From: the human T2T-CHM13v2.0 reference genome, Homo sapiens
Assembly (NCBI RefSeq): GCF_009914755.1
Contig: NC_060925.1
DNA: 64,000 bases
Direction: 5' to 3' (one strand)
Shown: positions 41,257 to 53,180 of the stretch, piece by piece
Layout of the letters: every line of letters begins with the position of its first letter
How positions within the stretch are numbered: position 1 is the stretch's first letter
Notes under the pieces: generated by a model
What the model was told of the DNA's origin: nothing
What the model saw: the letters and a program-made list of their open reading frames with translations, nothing else
The model's database searches: none
Made by a program: the position numbers and the translations under genes

Positions 41257-41399
41257 CTTGTCCAGCTGCAGGGCCTTTCCATCCTTGGTCCAGCTGACAA
41301 AGAGCAGTGGGGGGTTGGCACGAACCGGGCAGCGGATCACCCCCGGCATGCCTATGGGCAGGGGTGTCTCAGGAGGCATAGCTGTCACCTGGGCTGGGT
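41257..41399 (-). CDS. IGSF9: IGSF9 exon 9 (Ig4)
   Basis: YPAQVTAMPPETPLPIGMPGVIRCPVRANPPLLFVSWTKDGKALQLDK. Confidence 0.95.
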
Positions 41400-41491
41400 C
41401 TGGGGGAAAGTAGTGGCAAGTTGGGGGAGAGGGGCTTGGCCTGGCCCAGGGGAAGGGAGCAGGCTGAGGGAGAAGCTGGGGTCAGGCTTAC

Positions 41492-41637
41492 AGAGCACAG
41501 TGAGGTAGGCAGAGGCTGAGGGTGGATGCAGGAGGCCATTGCTGGGCACACAGGTGTAGCAGCCGGCATCATCAGGCTGGGTGGCCAGCAGCCGCAGGCT
41601 CCCGTCCACCAGGATCCGCACCCGGGGCTGCAGGCGG
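41492..41637 (-). CDS. IGSF9: IGSF9 exon 8 (Ig3)
   Basis: SRLQPRVRILVDGSLRLLATQPDDAGCYTCVPSNGLLHPPSASAYLTVL. Confidence 0.95.
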
Positions 41638-41747
41638 CTGCAATGTGGCATGTGTGAGGAGGGGTCCAGGCCTTGCCCAGCCAAGCGGCTCTTCAGAGAC
41701 TGTTTGTGAATTCCCCACCTCCACCTTCCTAATGAGGGTGACCCCAC

Positions 41748-41889
41748 CTAATGTGGAAGACATTGATGTTGTCCTGGAACCAGCTGTAGGTGAGGTTAGC
41801 AGGGTATGCCTCAGCATGGCAGGCCAATGAAACATCCTGGGAGGCATTGACTGTGCTGTTCTTGGGGGGCACCACGATGACTGGGGGTC
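41748..41889 (-). CDS. IGSF9: IGSF9 exon 7 (Ig3)
   Basis: GPPVIVVPPKNSTVNASQDVSLACHAEAYPANLTYSWFQDNINVFHI. Confidence 0.94.
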
Positions 41890-43465
41890 CTGTGGGATGC
41901 ACAAGGGGAGGAAGGTGGCCTCAGCCCACAGTCTTCCCAGAACCCTGAGGTCACCTCTACAACTCTTCCCAGCTCTGCTCTCTGGAATCTTAGGGCTCGT
42001 TGTTACAGGGCTTTGGGGAGTGGAAGCAGAAGCTTCCCCCTGTATGTAACAAGAATTCATCCTCTCCCTGAGACCCATTCTTCTTTCCAAATTCTCTCTG
42101 TTCCATCAAGAGCAACTCCATTCATGCAGTTCCACTGCCTAGGAATGGTGTGTGTGTTTGGGGGCGTCAGTTTAACTCTGCTCATTTACCATTTGTATCC
42201 CTGCTTGTCACCTCTTGAATTACTTCTCTGTCTCTGGCCCTAACCCAGGTGCCCAATACCTCACCTCAAGATGCTGCAGCAGCCCCTGACTCCAGGCTCC
42301 CCTGCAGCTGCCACTCTAATGGCCATTCATACAGAAACAGCCCCTTGAGCCACAGAACACTTCTGCTCAGGAACCTGCAACAGCACCTGGCTCCTACTAC
42401 ACTAAGCTCAAACCCAGCCCTGTGGACCCCTGCGATCCAAACCCTCCCTACGTGGCCAGCCATCTTTCCATATGTCAGCCCTCATGAACTCTTTCAGGTC
42501 AGTATGGGCAGCTGGCTGTCCCCCATCTCCATGCCTTTGCTCCCCGCACCCCCGGTCTGGAATGCCCCTCCCAAGGGCCTGGCCGCGCCACATACCTCCT
42601 GCAAAAGCACCTCTGGCTACTACAGTTCCACTACTCCTTCCCCTCTCTGGGCCGGTACCGCATGAGCAGTCAGTAAGAAGAGGTCATGATGCGAGCTGAC
42701 ACAACAGAGCACTGACTGCATGCGGGACACTGAGTGCTAAGCACTTTACCTGCACGACCTCGTTTAATCCTCACCAAAAGCTTTGTGGTGGGAATTGTCT
42801 CCATTTTCTAGATGAAGAAGTGAAGGCTCAGAGGCAGAGAGATTGTGAGGTGATTGCCCAAGGACAGCAGGAGAGGCAACATTCATATTAGGCTTCCTGA
42901 TGCCACAGACGACACCTTTAACCATTACCCGGCACTGCCTTTCTTACAGTACCACGGACAGCAACACTTCCCTGTTTCCCCAATTAGTCTCACTTCCCCA
43001 CAAAGATAATAGGCTCTATGAAGGCACAGTCCAGGCCTTCTGCTTCTCAGTTTCCCTTCTAAAGGAAGGATCTTGGCCAGGAATTACCATGTGCCAGTGA
43101 CTGGGCTCAGCTGCACCTAAGTAAATTCTTGTAACACACCTGAGAGGTAGAGATGAGTCTCTTTATAAAGATGAAGAAACTGGGACTCAAGGAGTTAACT
43201 GGCTCACAGCCTAACACAAGCACCCATGTCCTTTCCACTATAACACACTACTGGGCACTAAGATCGCTTTGTCTGCTTACTGAGCCTTTTAAAATTAAGG
43301 TGCTGGTTTCAGAGCAACAGCCTGCATTGGGAACCCCCTTAGCTTCCACGGGCCCTGCCCTCAGGCACAAATCTCCCTCCTATCTTGCTGTGAACCAATT
43401 CAGCCACAGGTCACAGCCCCCTTGCATAGGTAGCCCTGGACCCCAGCCCTCCCGCCAGAGAGCAC

Positions 43466-43583
43466 CTAGCACTAGCAGCTGGGTGGCGTGGGTGGCGCTG
43501 CCCTCAGTGCTGGAGGCTTGGCAGGTGTAGACCCCAGAGCTGCCTCGCTCTACCCGGCGGATCCGCAGCGTCCCGTTCTGCAC
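43466..43583 (-). CDS. IGSF9: IGSF9 exon 6 (Ig2)
   Basis: VQNGTLRIRRVERGSSGVYTCQASSTEGSATHATQLLVL. Confidence 0.95.
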
Positions 43584-43820
43584 CTAGGGAAGGAGTGGGT
43601 GAGGAAGAGTCCTTTCCCCTGCCAGCCTCAGATCCTGCACTTCCGAGTTTGGCCAGCAGAGGGAGGCAGCACCCCAGGCTCGGGGCAAACAATGCCAAGC
43701 CCTTCTTCTGGCCCATCCTCCAGCCTGGCCTTTGCCTCCTCTGTCCTCTGGCCCCACTGCCAGGCCCCCACCTTCCCTTCACACTCTATATGGCTCACTC
43801 TGTCCACCCCCAGGACTCAC

Positions 43821-43975
43821 TTGCACCTGGCCCTGGCCCTGGCCAAGGTCCTTTCCTCGGAGCTTCCACGTCACATGAGGCAGGGGGCTGCCACGGGCCA
43901 CACAACGCAGGGTCACAGGCTCCAGTTCCTGCACTTCCAACACAGCAGGAGGTGTCTCCTGGAATTGAGGGGGTG
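43821..43975 (-). CDS. IGSF9: IGSF9 exon 5 (Ig2)
   Basis: SPPQFQETPPAVLEVQELEPVTLRCVARGSPLPHVTWKLRGKDLGQGQGQVQ. Confidence 0.95.
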
Positions 43976-44753
43976 CTGCAAGGGAGACAGGCATCAGGGG
44001 CCCCAGTGGGGCTGTCAGCCCAAAAAGCAGTGTCCAAGGGCCAGGGAGACCACTCAGGGCTCCAGCCTGCTGCCCACCCACCAGCCCTGCCTCATAGGAG
44101 TCCTCAGCCCAGGGCCACCCTGTCTGCTGCACCCAGGCCAAATGAGGATTCTGTCAACCCACCCCCACACACTGGCCTGGGGCTGAACCCAGGTTGGATG
44201 TCCAGAGCCTGGGGGAGAGCCAAGCCCCCTCAGGAGGAGCACTGTTCTGGGAGTGAGGAGGCCTGGGTCCTAGACTCTGCTCTGCCACTAATCAGTGGCA
44301 TGACTCAGCCTCACCTATGCAATGGGAATGATTATGACCTCCTTCCTACTTAGGAGTGAGAGATAAATAATAAGGGCTTGGGTGAAAAGGTATTTTGAAA
44401 ACACAAGGTGCTATATATATGTGAGCTGTGTTTCACTCAGGGCCCAAGAGCCCCCTCTCTCCCACCCACTTCCCTGGCCAGGGAAGCAGGAGGGAAGAGA
44501 AAGAGGGAGTTCCTGACACCGAGCCTAGAAGGCTGATTGAATTTATATTTGAAGAACTGAAAAGGGCAGGAGTGTGGGGGAGGGGTGAGATGCAACTACT
44601 AAGTGAGCAAACAAGGGCTCTCAGGAAGGGTGGGGCATCGGAGCCGTTTGTGGGATGGAAATAGAACTCCCTCTTCCCCTTTCTCCCACCAGCCAGAGAT
44701 CCCCATCCTCCTCCTCCCCGTCCTTCTCCACCACCTGCCCCCCAGCTTCATAC

Positions 44754-44906
44754 AATTGACTGTCAGATGCACCCAGGAGCCGTTAGCAAAATCGTCTTCA
44801 GGGATGTGCTGGTCCAGGAAGAACACGCGGCACTCGTACCAGCCCTGGTCTTCCACCCGGAGACCCTCAATCTGGAGAGAGGCCCCCTTCTGCAGCCGGA
44901 CTCGTC
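44754..44906 (-). CDS. IGSF9: IGSF9 exon 4 (Ig1)
   Basis: GRVRLQKGASLQIEGLRVEDQGWYECRVFFLDQHIPEDDFANGSWVHLTVN. Confidence 0.95.
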
Positions 44907-46298
44907 CTGGGGGAGGAGCCCTGAATCAAGGGTGCTGAAGGAACCCCATGGAAGCCCCAGTCCCCTGGTCACACTGGTAATTCTTAGAGGTAAGAACAGG
45001 CTCAGTCTCTCCCAGTTACTCTGAGTGTGGGGTCCAGAGAGACGCAGATGAGGTTGGGGTCATTCAGGACAGGTCCCTCCATTCGGCCCCTCTGACCACT
45101 CTTGCCATTCGACAGCTGGGACCCTGTCTAGACAAAGAGAAACCTAGGGGGACAGCAGGTGGACAAAACCTTCCCCTGAACTGCACTCGGTGTCTAGGAC
45201 TGTTGGGGAAGGAAGTGAAGAGCCAGCATGTAGTCTCCTCTGGACTCTTACAGGATCTGTCCACCTCTGGGCTCTTTATGTAGGGGAAGGTGTGAGCTCC
45301 TGGGAGTACTCCTGATAGAGGACTGTTTCCCTGAAAACCTCAGCAGTGTTTGAGGCCCTAGCAGGGGGAACCCAGACCCCGCCTGCCAAAGCCCCTAATC
45401 CCTCAGGGCTATTATCAGCAGCCTAAGCGCCTTAGGGTGGCCAGAGTCCAGCCCAGCAAGCAGCAAAGTCAGCAGCCTCCTCGCCCTATCCTCTCCATGC
45501 CCCGGGGCACTCCAGTCCCAGCTGGCTGATCACATACACTTCCACAAAGCCACACAACCACAGCACAACCAGACACCTCAATCCCACTCTTAGTCAGCAT
45601 CCACACCACACTGCCAGGCTCAGACCGAGGGTGCCTACCCAAGCCCTCAGCACCCTCCCTGGATGCAACTGTGCACCCCAGACAGCTTCATGGGTCCCTG
45701 GCAGTGTAGCCTCGTGATACAAGCACACACTTGGGAGCCAGATAGACCTAGGCATGAGTCCAGCTCGACTGTGTACTCTTTTGGGCAAGTTACTTAACCT
45801 CTCTCAATTTCAGTTTCCTCATCTGTAAAAAGAAGAGAAAGAAACAAAATTGGGGTGGGGTGGAGGAGAGAAATAATGTAGGGAAGGCATGTAGCATGGT
45901 GCCTGGCATCAGTGGATGCTCAAATAAAAGTTGTTGAACAAATAAATGAGCTCTAGATTTGAAATCAGAAAGCTGCACTCAAGTCCTGACCCTGTCCCTA
46001 AACTGATCACACGTCACCTTCCTTTTCTCTTCCTGCACCACCACACACCAAGTCACCTTATCAGGAACCTGGCATCTCCTAGATTCCTCGATTACCTCCC
46101 ATATCTACTTGCTCATTAGGTTTTTCAAATCCTACCTCCTAAACATTTCCCCTTCTCTGCTGTCCTCACCTTTACACCTGTGGCATGTCTCACCTGGGTT
46201 TCTCCAACAGCCTACTTGCCAGTCTCCCTGCCTCCAGCCTCCTCCCCTCTACATCACATTGCTCATCCCCACCTTGACCTCTGCTATGAACAAATGGA

Positions 46299-46592
46299 GC
46301 TTTCTTTTTTTTTAGAGACAGGGTCTCACTCTGTTGCCCAGGTGGAGTACAGTGGTTTGATTGTAGCTCACTGCAGCCTCGAACTCCTGGCCTCAATCGA
46401 TCCTCTTGCCTCAGCCTCTCAAGTAGCTAGTAGTACAAGCACGTGTCACCATGCCTGGCTAATTGTTTAATTTTTGAAGAGAGGGGTCTTGCTATGTTGC
46501 CCAGGCTGGTTTCAAACTCGTGGCCTCAAGGGATCCTCCTGCCTCAGCCTCCCAAAGCGCTGGGATTAAGCTGTGAGTCACTGTGCCTGGCT
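46299..46592 (-). mobile_element. AluJ-like element in IGSF9 intron 3
   Basis: Diverged reverse Alu. Confidence 0.88.
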
Positions 46593-49500
46593 GCATTTTC
46601 TTAATCTTATGTTGTTTGCAAATGCAGCTCCAAGTCCCTTTGCATAGTGTCCACTCCAGCTCTTCCTAATGCTAGAAATTCTGAAGCTGTGAAAGTGCTC
46701 AGCCCCTCCAGTTTGCTTCCATTCTACCTCTAGAGTGATCTGTTTCAGAAATAAGAAAATCTATTTCAGAAAGAAGAGAAGGATCAAGTTGAGGCAGGCT
46801 TTGTGATCTTAGCCAAGAGTCTTTTTCTACTTAGAATGAGTTCCAGGGTGTGGATTCTCTAGGATGGGTGGACCTGCTTAAAGGGCTAGGTGTTGAAATC
46901 CCCACCCCGGAGATAAGACTAGGCCCAGCGGGTAAATATTTAACATCATCATACCCTTCCACCCACTGTCAGGATTCCTCAAGAAAGCTAATCTGCCTGG
47001 CCGCTAAGCCCTGCAGACCCCAGACTGCAACCTCTTCTGTGTCCCACATGATACTTTTCATTATAGCTCTACAAAGAAGGAAGAAGAGGGAAGGAAGATT
47101 GAGTGTGGAATACAGGCCATCTAATATTAGGCGTTGTCACCATATTTAATCCTCCCAAGAATTCCATTGTAGCTGAAGGAATTAATGTTAAGTTTCTTTC
47201 CAAAATCACATGGCTAGTAAGTGACAAAGCCAGGCTTCTTTCTCCAGACGCGGCGTGCTTTCCATGGACACGGGTGTTAGGACCGAGTGCTGTTCAGGGC
47301 ACTGGGGGTAATCTATGTATTCTCACTTGGGAGATGCTGGTAGCCAATGGGTAACAGTCCAAATGTTACTCAGAATATCCAAAGAAGCATACTGCATGTC
47401 CTAGCTTTTCTGTGACAGCTGGACTGCTAGACCTGTAGTGTTACAGAACAGGAAGATCGCCAGCAGGGCAGCCCTGAGTCCTCCTGAGTCCTGGGCCCAC
47501 CTCCTGGAGGCCTCCCTCCACCTGCAGGGCTAAAGCCTGTTGACTTCAGATCTTCCCATATGCAGCGGCGTGTGAAGAAAACAGGAGACACAGTCTCTGC
47601 TCTCTTAAGCTCTCGGAAGGCAGGGAACCCACAGTCACCTAAATGGGCAAGTTCACGTCCACACATCCACAAAGAAGTTCAAAAAATGGTGCTAACTGCG
47701 CCCAGACATTGCACTATGAAGCAAGAGGAGTAAGGAAGGCTTCTGGGAAGCTGTGACTGGGCAGAGGATTAAGAATAAAAGGTGGTGAGGGGAGGTGACT
47801 AGAGCAAGCAGGGGAGTTCTAAGTGGAGAACGAGGTCACTGATTTTTATCAAACAACTCAGGGCAGAGAAAAAAATGCACATCCCTTCTGCTGTGTGGGG
47901 CATCTTGAAAATCCCAAGAAATACAGCACAAAAGCCCATCCTGCCATTTTAATGAGTTGGTCTAAGACCCACCTTAGGAAAGCTGGTGTCCACTAAGCCT
48001 AACCTTCCTTCCCTCCAGAGGCCTGGTCATGGGTTCACACCACACAGGCACTGTGCAGGCACAGGCTGGGGCGCTTTACACACAGCAGCTAACTGAATCC
48101 TCCTCTTTAGTCCTAGCTTGTTTTATATTGCTTTCACTCCATGGCATCGTTGATAAATCCAGTCTCCTCTACTAGATGCTTCTAGAGTCCTCAAAGATGG
48201 GAAGCCTTCCCTTCTGTGTGGTCCCTAATCCAACAGTCTCTCTCAGGGTTCCGCACACATTCTAGGCCACCAGCCCCACAACAGTCCCCGACCCATCTCC
48301 CCTTCACTGCCCAGAGGGCTTATGACAGAAGAGCATTGTCCTTAGCAACCTCTACCTCCTGTTGCTTAGCAACTGCAGTTCCGAGTCCCCTACACAAAGG
48401 CTGAGAGGCCCCTTCCACACTGTGAGGCAGTAAAAGGGTTAATGGGCTCAGGGGCCTCCCTCAGGTCCCAACTCCCTCAGCCGGCTCTGGCCTGACCAAG
48501 AGCTCCAGACGGAGGTAGGGGTGTGAACAAAGGATAGGAGCAGACAGTAAGTCCCAGAGGCTACTGCTCACAGCCCCTGTAGCTCAAGCAACAGCACAGA
48601 CAGAAGACCCACAGGTAGACAAAGTTGCTAACCATCCAGTGGCTTCAGGCCTGAGGGACCTCAAGGCAGGACACAAGCTGGAGAGAAGGAAGAGCTTCAA
48701 GTCTCCCTGGTGGAGTCCCAGGAAAAGCCCCTCCCTCTTCCACCTCCCCTTGCCTTGCCCTCAGTCAGGCAACATTATGAATCTGTCCAGCCTCAGCCCG
48801 GCAGCCCGAGACCCCTCCCAGGCCTGGGCAGGCGGAGGCAGGGAGGGAGGGCTGGTGGGCACAGCCGTTTTTTTCTCCACTGGTGCTAATTGGGGCCCGC
48901 TTTCATCCATTCCCACAGGGCTTGTGTAGACACATACACTCCCACCAGGCTGTTTGCCAATAACTGCCCCCAGTTTGAAAAGAAACTTCCCTTCTGCATC
49001 ACCTGCCTGCACCTCCTCCCCTCTCTGCTCAGCCCGCCCTGTGGCAAGGCTCAGCCAATCCCGGGGTTTCCCTCAGGATTCAAACTAAAGAGGGAAAAGG
49101 TGGGGGTCTCCCCATCAACATCCTCCCAGGTGGCCTTTCCTGGGTCTCCCCTCTGAAGAGGAGGCAACAAGACTCTCTCTCGCCCCATAGCCCAGACCTG
49201 TCCTTAGGGCCTCCTGCAGACTGCCCTCTGAGACCTGGCACTAAACCGCTTAGATTAAGGCTCCATCCGGGATTAGGAGGAAGCAGAGCCATTGTAGCCA
49301 TTCTAGGGAGCCAGCTGGGGTGCAGCAGAAGGCGCCCAGGGAGGCTACACACGATTTTAAGTCCCAACAGGTGCCACCTAAAGCAGCAACCCAGGCCAGC
49401 CCCATCCAGTCACTGACCTTTGGGGATCCTGGGCCCTCCCCAGCCACCCTCTCTGTACACCTGTGCTTCTCTACTCAGAAGCAGGCTGAGTGTCCCTGGA

Positions 49501-49804
49501 AAAGCAGAGAGGTCACAGCCGCACCTACCCTGCTGCCCCATCAGCCCACTCCCTAGAAGACTTGAACCCCTGAACTAGCATTTAAGACGATGAGGAAGGG
49601 GGAGAGGGCAGAGGAGTGAGCAGATAGTAGAGCCAGGACCAAGGCAGGGCCAAGAGGGGAGACTACAGATCAGGATGAAGTCTGGGAGGTTTCATGATGA
49701 GATGTAGAAAAAGCAGTTACAGAATTAGAATGGATATTTGGAATAGGGCTGCAGGATCTCCTTTGGAACAGACCACGTGGAGTCCTAAATAGCACAGCTA
49801 TAAG

Positions 49805-49805
<1 letters not shown>

Positions 49806-49835
<30 letters not shown>
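49806..49835 (+). repeat. (GT)n microsatellite
   Basis: Direct reading. Confidence 0.95.
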
Positions 49836-50028
49836 AAATGAATGAATCTTTCAATGAATTAACACTGCTTGGGAGCACAGCCATGCTTATTAAGCAGAGT
49901 TAAGGCAGCAGAGCTGGAGATGAGATCAGAGCAGGGACAAAGCCGTTCATAGGAGGCCTTGTGCGACTCTACCCAGCCCACCTTTCTTGCTGATACCTCC
50001 CTACCTCCCACCTGAGGAGAACTCTTAC

Positions 50029-50217
50029 CCACGTAATCAGGGTCAATTCGGGGAGAGTAGAGGCCGAACTGGATGAAGATGGGAAGCAGGAATCCAAAGC
50101 GCAGCCACTCGATGACATGCAGGGGGGGCCGGCCGGCCGGGGGCAGCAGGTCACAGCCCAGCACCACACTCTCCCCAGCCCGGCCCACCACCGATACCAC
50201 CTCAGGCTTCCCTCGAC
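50029..50217 (-). CDS. IGSF9: IGSF9 exon 3 (Ig1)
   Basis: GRGKPEVVSVVGRAGESVVLGCDLLPPAGRPPLHVIEWLRFGFLLPIFIQFGLYSPRIDPDYV. Confidence 0.95.
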
Positions 50218-50462
50218 CTGCATGATGGGTGGCATGAGGGCACAACGGGGGGCTAGGGTCAGTGCTGGGAGGGGGAGTGCCATCAGTATCTCTGTAGGCA
50301 CCTTAGGACTTTGGGTGACTGGAGAAACCCCCAGTTCAGCTTCTCCAGAACCAGCCCTATTCCTCCCCTGCCCTCACATGCTCAAAGAGGAACCCTTGAG
50401 GAACACCCCCATACCCACCCCAAGGCTAACAGGGCATTCTTGAGCCCAAGAGCTCAGCTTAC

Positions 50463-50520
50463 CGTCAGCCCCCTGGCTGATGACCAGGCTGAGGACGGCC
50501 AGGCCGAGGCACCACACCAT
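50463..50520 (-). CDS. IGSF9: IGSF9 (protein turtle homolog A/Dasm1) exon 2 coding part, signal peptide; exon spans 50463-50694
   Basis: GCT-ATG-G Kozak; MVWCLGLAVLSLVISQGAD|gtaag; the 20 coding exons sum to 3540 nt =1179 aa + stop (5 Ig, 2 FN3, TM). Confidence 0.95.
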
Positions 50521-52619
50521 AGCCCAGCTGGCCTGCTCACCCAGCCCCTCCTATCCACAGGAGCCCAGATGGAGGGGCCAAGGGATGTCCTTCTGATCAG
50601 CTCAGGGAACAGGTTTCAGCTCTCACTCTTCTGTACAGTGAGGGCTTGGCTCATGTAACACCCGAGGAAGCTGCTCTCCGGAGAACCACCAGATCTAAAT
50701 GAAAAGTACAAGGCAACATGCAGAGTTGGCCAATACTGGAGCCCAGAAGAAACCCCACCATTAGAGAAAGGCACTGGGAAGAGAAAGGAGGGAGGAGTGT
50801 AGTTAAGTGAGGGGTAGGGGGAAGGGGGGGATCTTGAAGCCCTGGGGAGTAAGAGCAGGGGTAGGAGTACTGGGAGAATGGTGAGTGCTGAATGCAGATA
50901 CTAGAAAGGTGAGGAAATGGGGGAGGCTGGGAGAGTTGGGAAGGTCTTAGGAAATGTGGAAGGATTCTGGGGATGCCTGCATTCTGAGGGTCTTGAAAAA
51001 CTAAGCCAGAAGAGAACTGGGGTTCCTCATATGCTTGGAAAAATATTTTTGAAGGAAGTATGGTAGATCAAGACTCTCATGGCCTAGGCTGCTCTCGCTT
51101 CTTTCCTTACTCTTGATGCTCACAAGGTATAGCAGCAAGATGGAACCAGTGCTGTCGCCTTCACCCCTCTGTGACAAATAAGGGCCCTGAGGATATCTGC
51201 TCAGGGGCAGAGAGCCAGTCAAGGGCAAATCCAGGGCGCTTAAGCCTCAGAAAGTGGTCCCCAGGACACCCCGATACAATCCCTTGTCCCATTTCCCCAG
51301 CCTCTATGAAAAACTCTGGAAGCTGAGGACCCGAGGCCTTTCTCCATTCAGTCTCCCTACACTGCTTTGGCAGTGAGTGAGTCAGGCACTTGGGAGAGGA
51401 GGAGCTGCCTCCCCCACCTGCCAGTATGGGGGATCCAGGCAGCATCCTCCAGGTCTGGACAGGTCCCGGGGCTGGCAGCTGGCGCCACTTCCTCACGATA
51501 CTGCCAAGCAGCCCTCCCCCTGCCAGGCACCACCACCCAAGGACCTCACCCAAATCCCTCCCACTCACTCCCCTCCAATATCTTCGGGGTGCCAGGGTTT
51601 GTCAAGCTCTTTCTTCCCCAACCCCAGAGGCATGGTCCAAAAAAAAGCCTGTGAGTCCCTGAAGTGTACAAAATTAACCCTGGGGCATGGAGGGTAGGAG
51701 CTTCTGACAGCCCCACAGATCCTAGGGCAGTCTCAGAGAGCCAGAGGGTCCATGCCAGGGCCTGGCACTGCCAAGTGGACTCTGCTCTGAGTCCTCCAAC
51801 CCACTCTTGGCCGCAAAGTTCAGGACAGACTATAAAACATCCTCCACAGAGTCTGATCCTTGCCTCTACTTAATGATCCTGTATGTCTAACTTCTGGCAA
51901 TTCACTAGCAACCAAGCCCCCTGTTTCCCACTGCCTCCAGGCAGCTCTCCCACACTTCCCTGAAAAACCTTTTTCCAAGTATATAGGAACCCCCTAGTTC
52001 TCTCCTGGTTGTTTTCCGAGACTCTGAGTAACTAGGCATCCCTAGAATTCCTCCCAGTCTCTTAATATCTTTCCAACTCCCCCGGCCTCCACTATTTCCT
52101 CACCCTTCTAGTCTCCCCACACACCACTCCCTCGTCCTCCCATTACTCCCTTCCCAGTTATCGCTACTACGCACAATCCCCCCACAATTCCAGCTTCTCG
52201 CACCTGATCTCCAATTGCAGCAGGTCTCCTGCACTATAAAGAACTCCCTTCTGGTCTCCCCACCCCCCAGCCACTTCTCCCCATCCTCTCCTCCCGATAA
52301 TTCCCCTCCCTGGGATTCTCCTGCATCAGCCCACAATACAATTCTGATACCCCACCCCCAACAATTCCTTTCTCCCTCGCATTCTCTGGTCCCCTGGAAC
52401 TCCTCCTTTCTCTTAGAACCCACCAAGAACTCCCCCACATTGCCTCCAGAACTCCTGCAGTTCTCCGGGAACTCCCACCCACCCGCCAAGAATTCCACTT
52501 CACTCCCCAGAACTCCCCTAGTTCTACTCCTGCAACGAATTCCACTTCTCTCTAGAACTCCCCGCTTTCTCCTGTCCCCCATAACTCCGCACTACCAGCA
52601 CCACCACTTCTATACCTCC

Positions 52620-53180
52620 AGTACGCCCCCTCCCTCACCTGCTCCGCACCGCTCGGCTCCACTCTCGCCGCTACACAATAGGGGGCGGACCCGCCTCCCC
52701 GCCTCGGATGCCCCGAGCGCCTCCCGTCGCCCTGGAGACCGCCAATCCCCCTCCCGCGGCGGCCAATTGGAGCCGCCAGAGGCACGGCGAGGCGGGCGGG
52801 ACCCCTGAGCGGCCTGGGAGTTGTAGTTTCAGGAGGGAAGAGCTCGGCTGCACGTGGGCTCAGGTCGCCCCCTCGTGGACCTCTGCACAGCCAAGCGTGG
52901 AAAGGCCGGTGGGCCGCTTCCCGCCGCCAGCAAGAGGGGCAGCAGGGTCCGGCTCGCGCTCCAGGGCTGCGGGAGCTGGCCCCTTGCCAGGCTACTGGTA
53001 CGCCGTCCTTCTTTCGGAACCTACGGGCGACCCTCTCCGCTCCCCGAACGGGCGCGCCACAGAGGCGGCAGCGAGGGTTGAAATCTGAGCCTGGGGGTAG
53101 GAGAACCAGGCGGGGAGCATGACTCCCCGCCCTCCTCCCAGGGGATCCACCCAGGTCCCGGGCTCATCCGATCTCCTCCC
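52620..53180. promoter_or_regulatory. IGSF9 CpG-island promoter: GC box (52681), CCAAT boxes (52742, 52763), ZNF143/THAP11 motif (52814-52827)
   Basis: GGGGCGG, CCAAT x2, and ACTACAACTCCCAG on the minus strand. Confidence 0.78.
52639..52690 (-). other. IGSF9: IGSF9 non-coding exon 1 (TSS approximate)
   Basis: GCGGAGCAG|gtgagg donor at the edge of the CpG island. Confidence 0.75.

Noticed and set aside
52427-52516. Repeat-spacer periodicity superficially resembling a CRISPR array
   Set aside because: 7-bp cores and ~14-bp spacers are far too short, the context is human and there are no cas genes; kept only as a cryptic array.
52215-52808. 197-aa Pro/Ser-rich ORF
   Set aside because: A by-product of the C-rich skew, and it has a non-ATG start.
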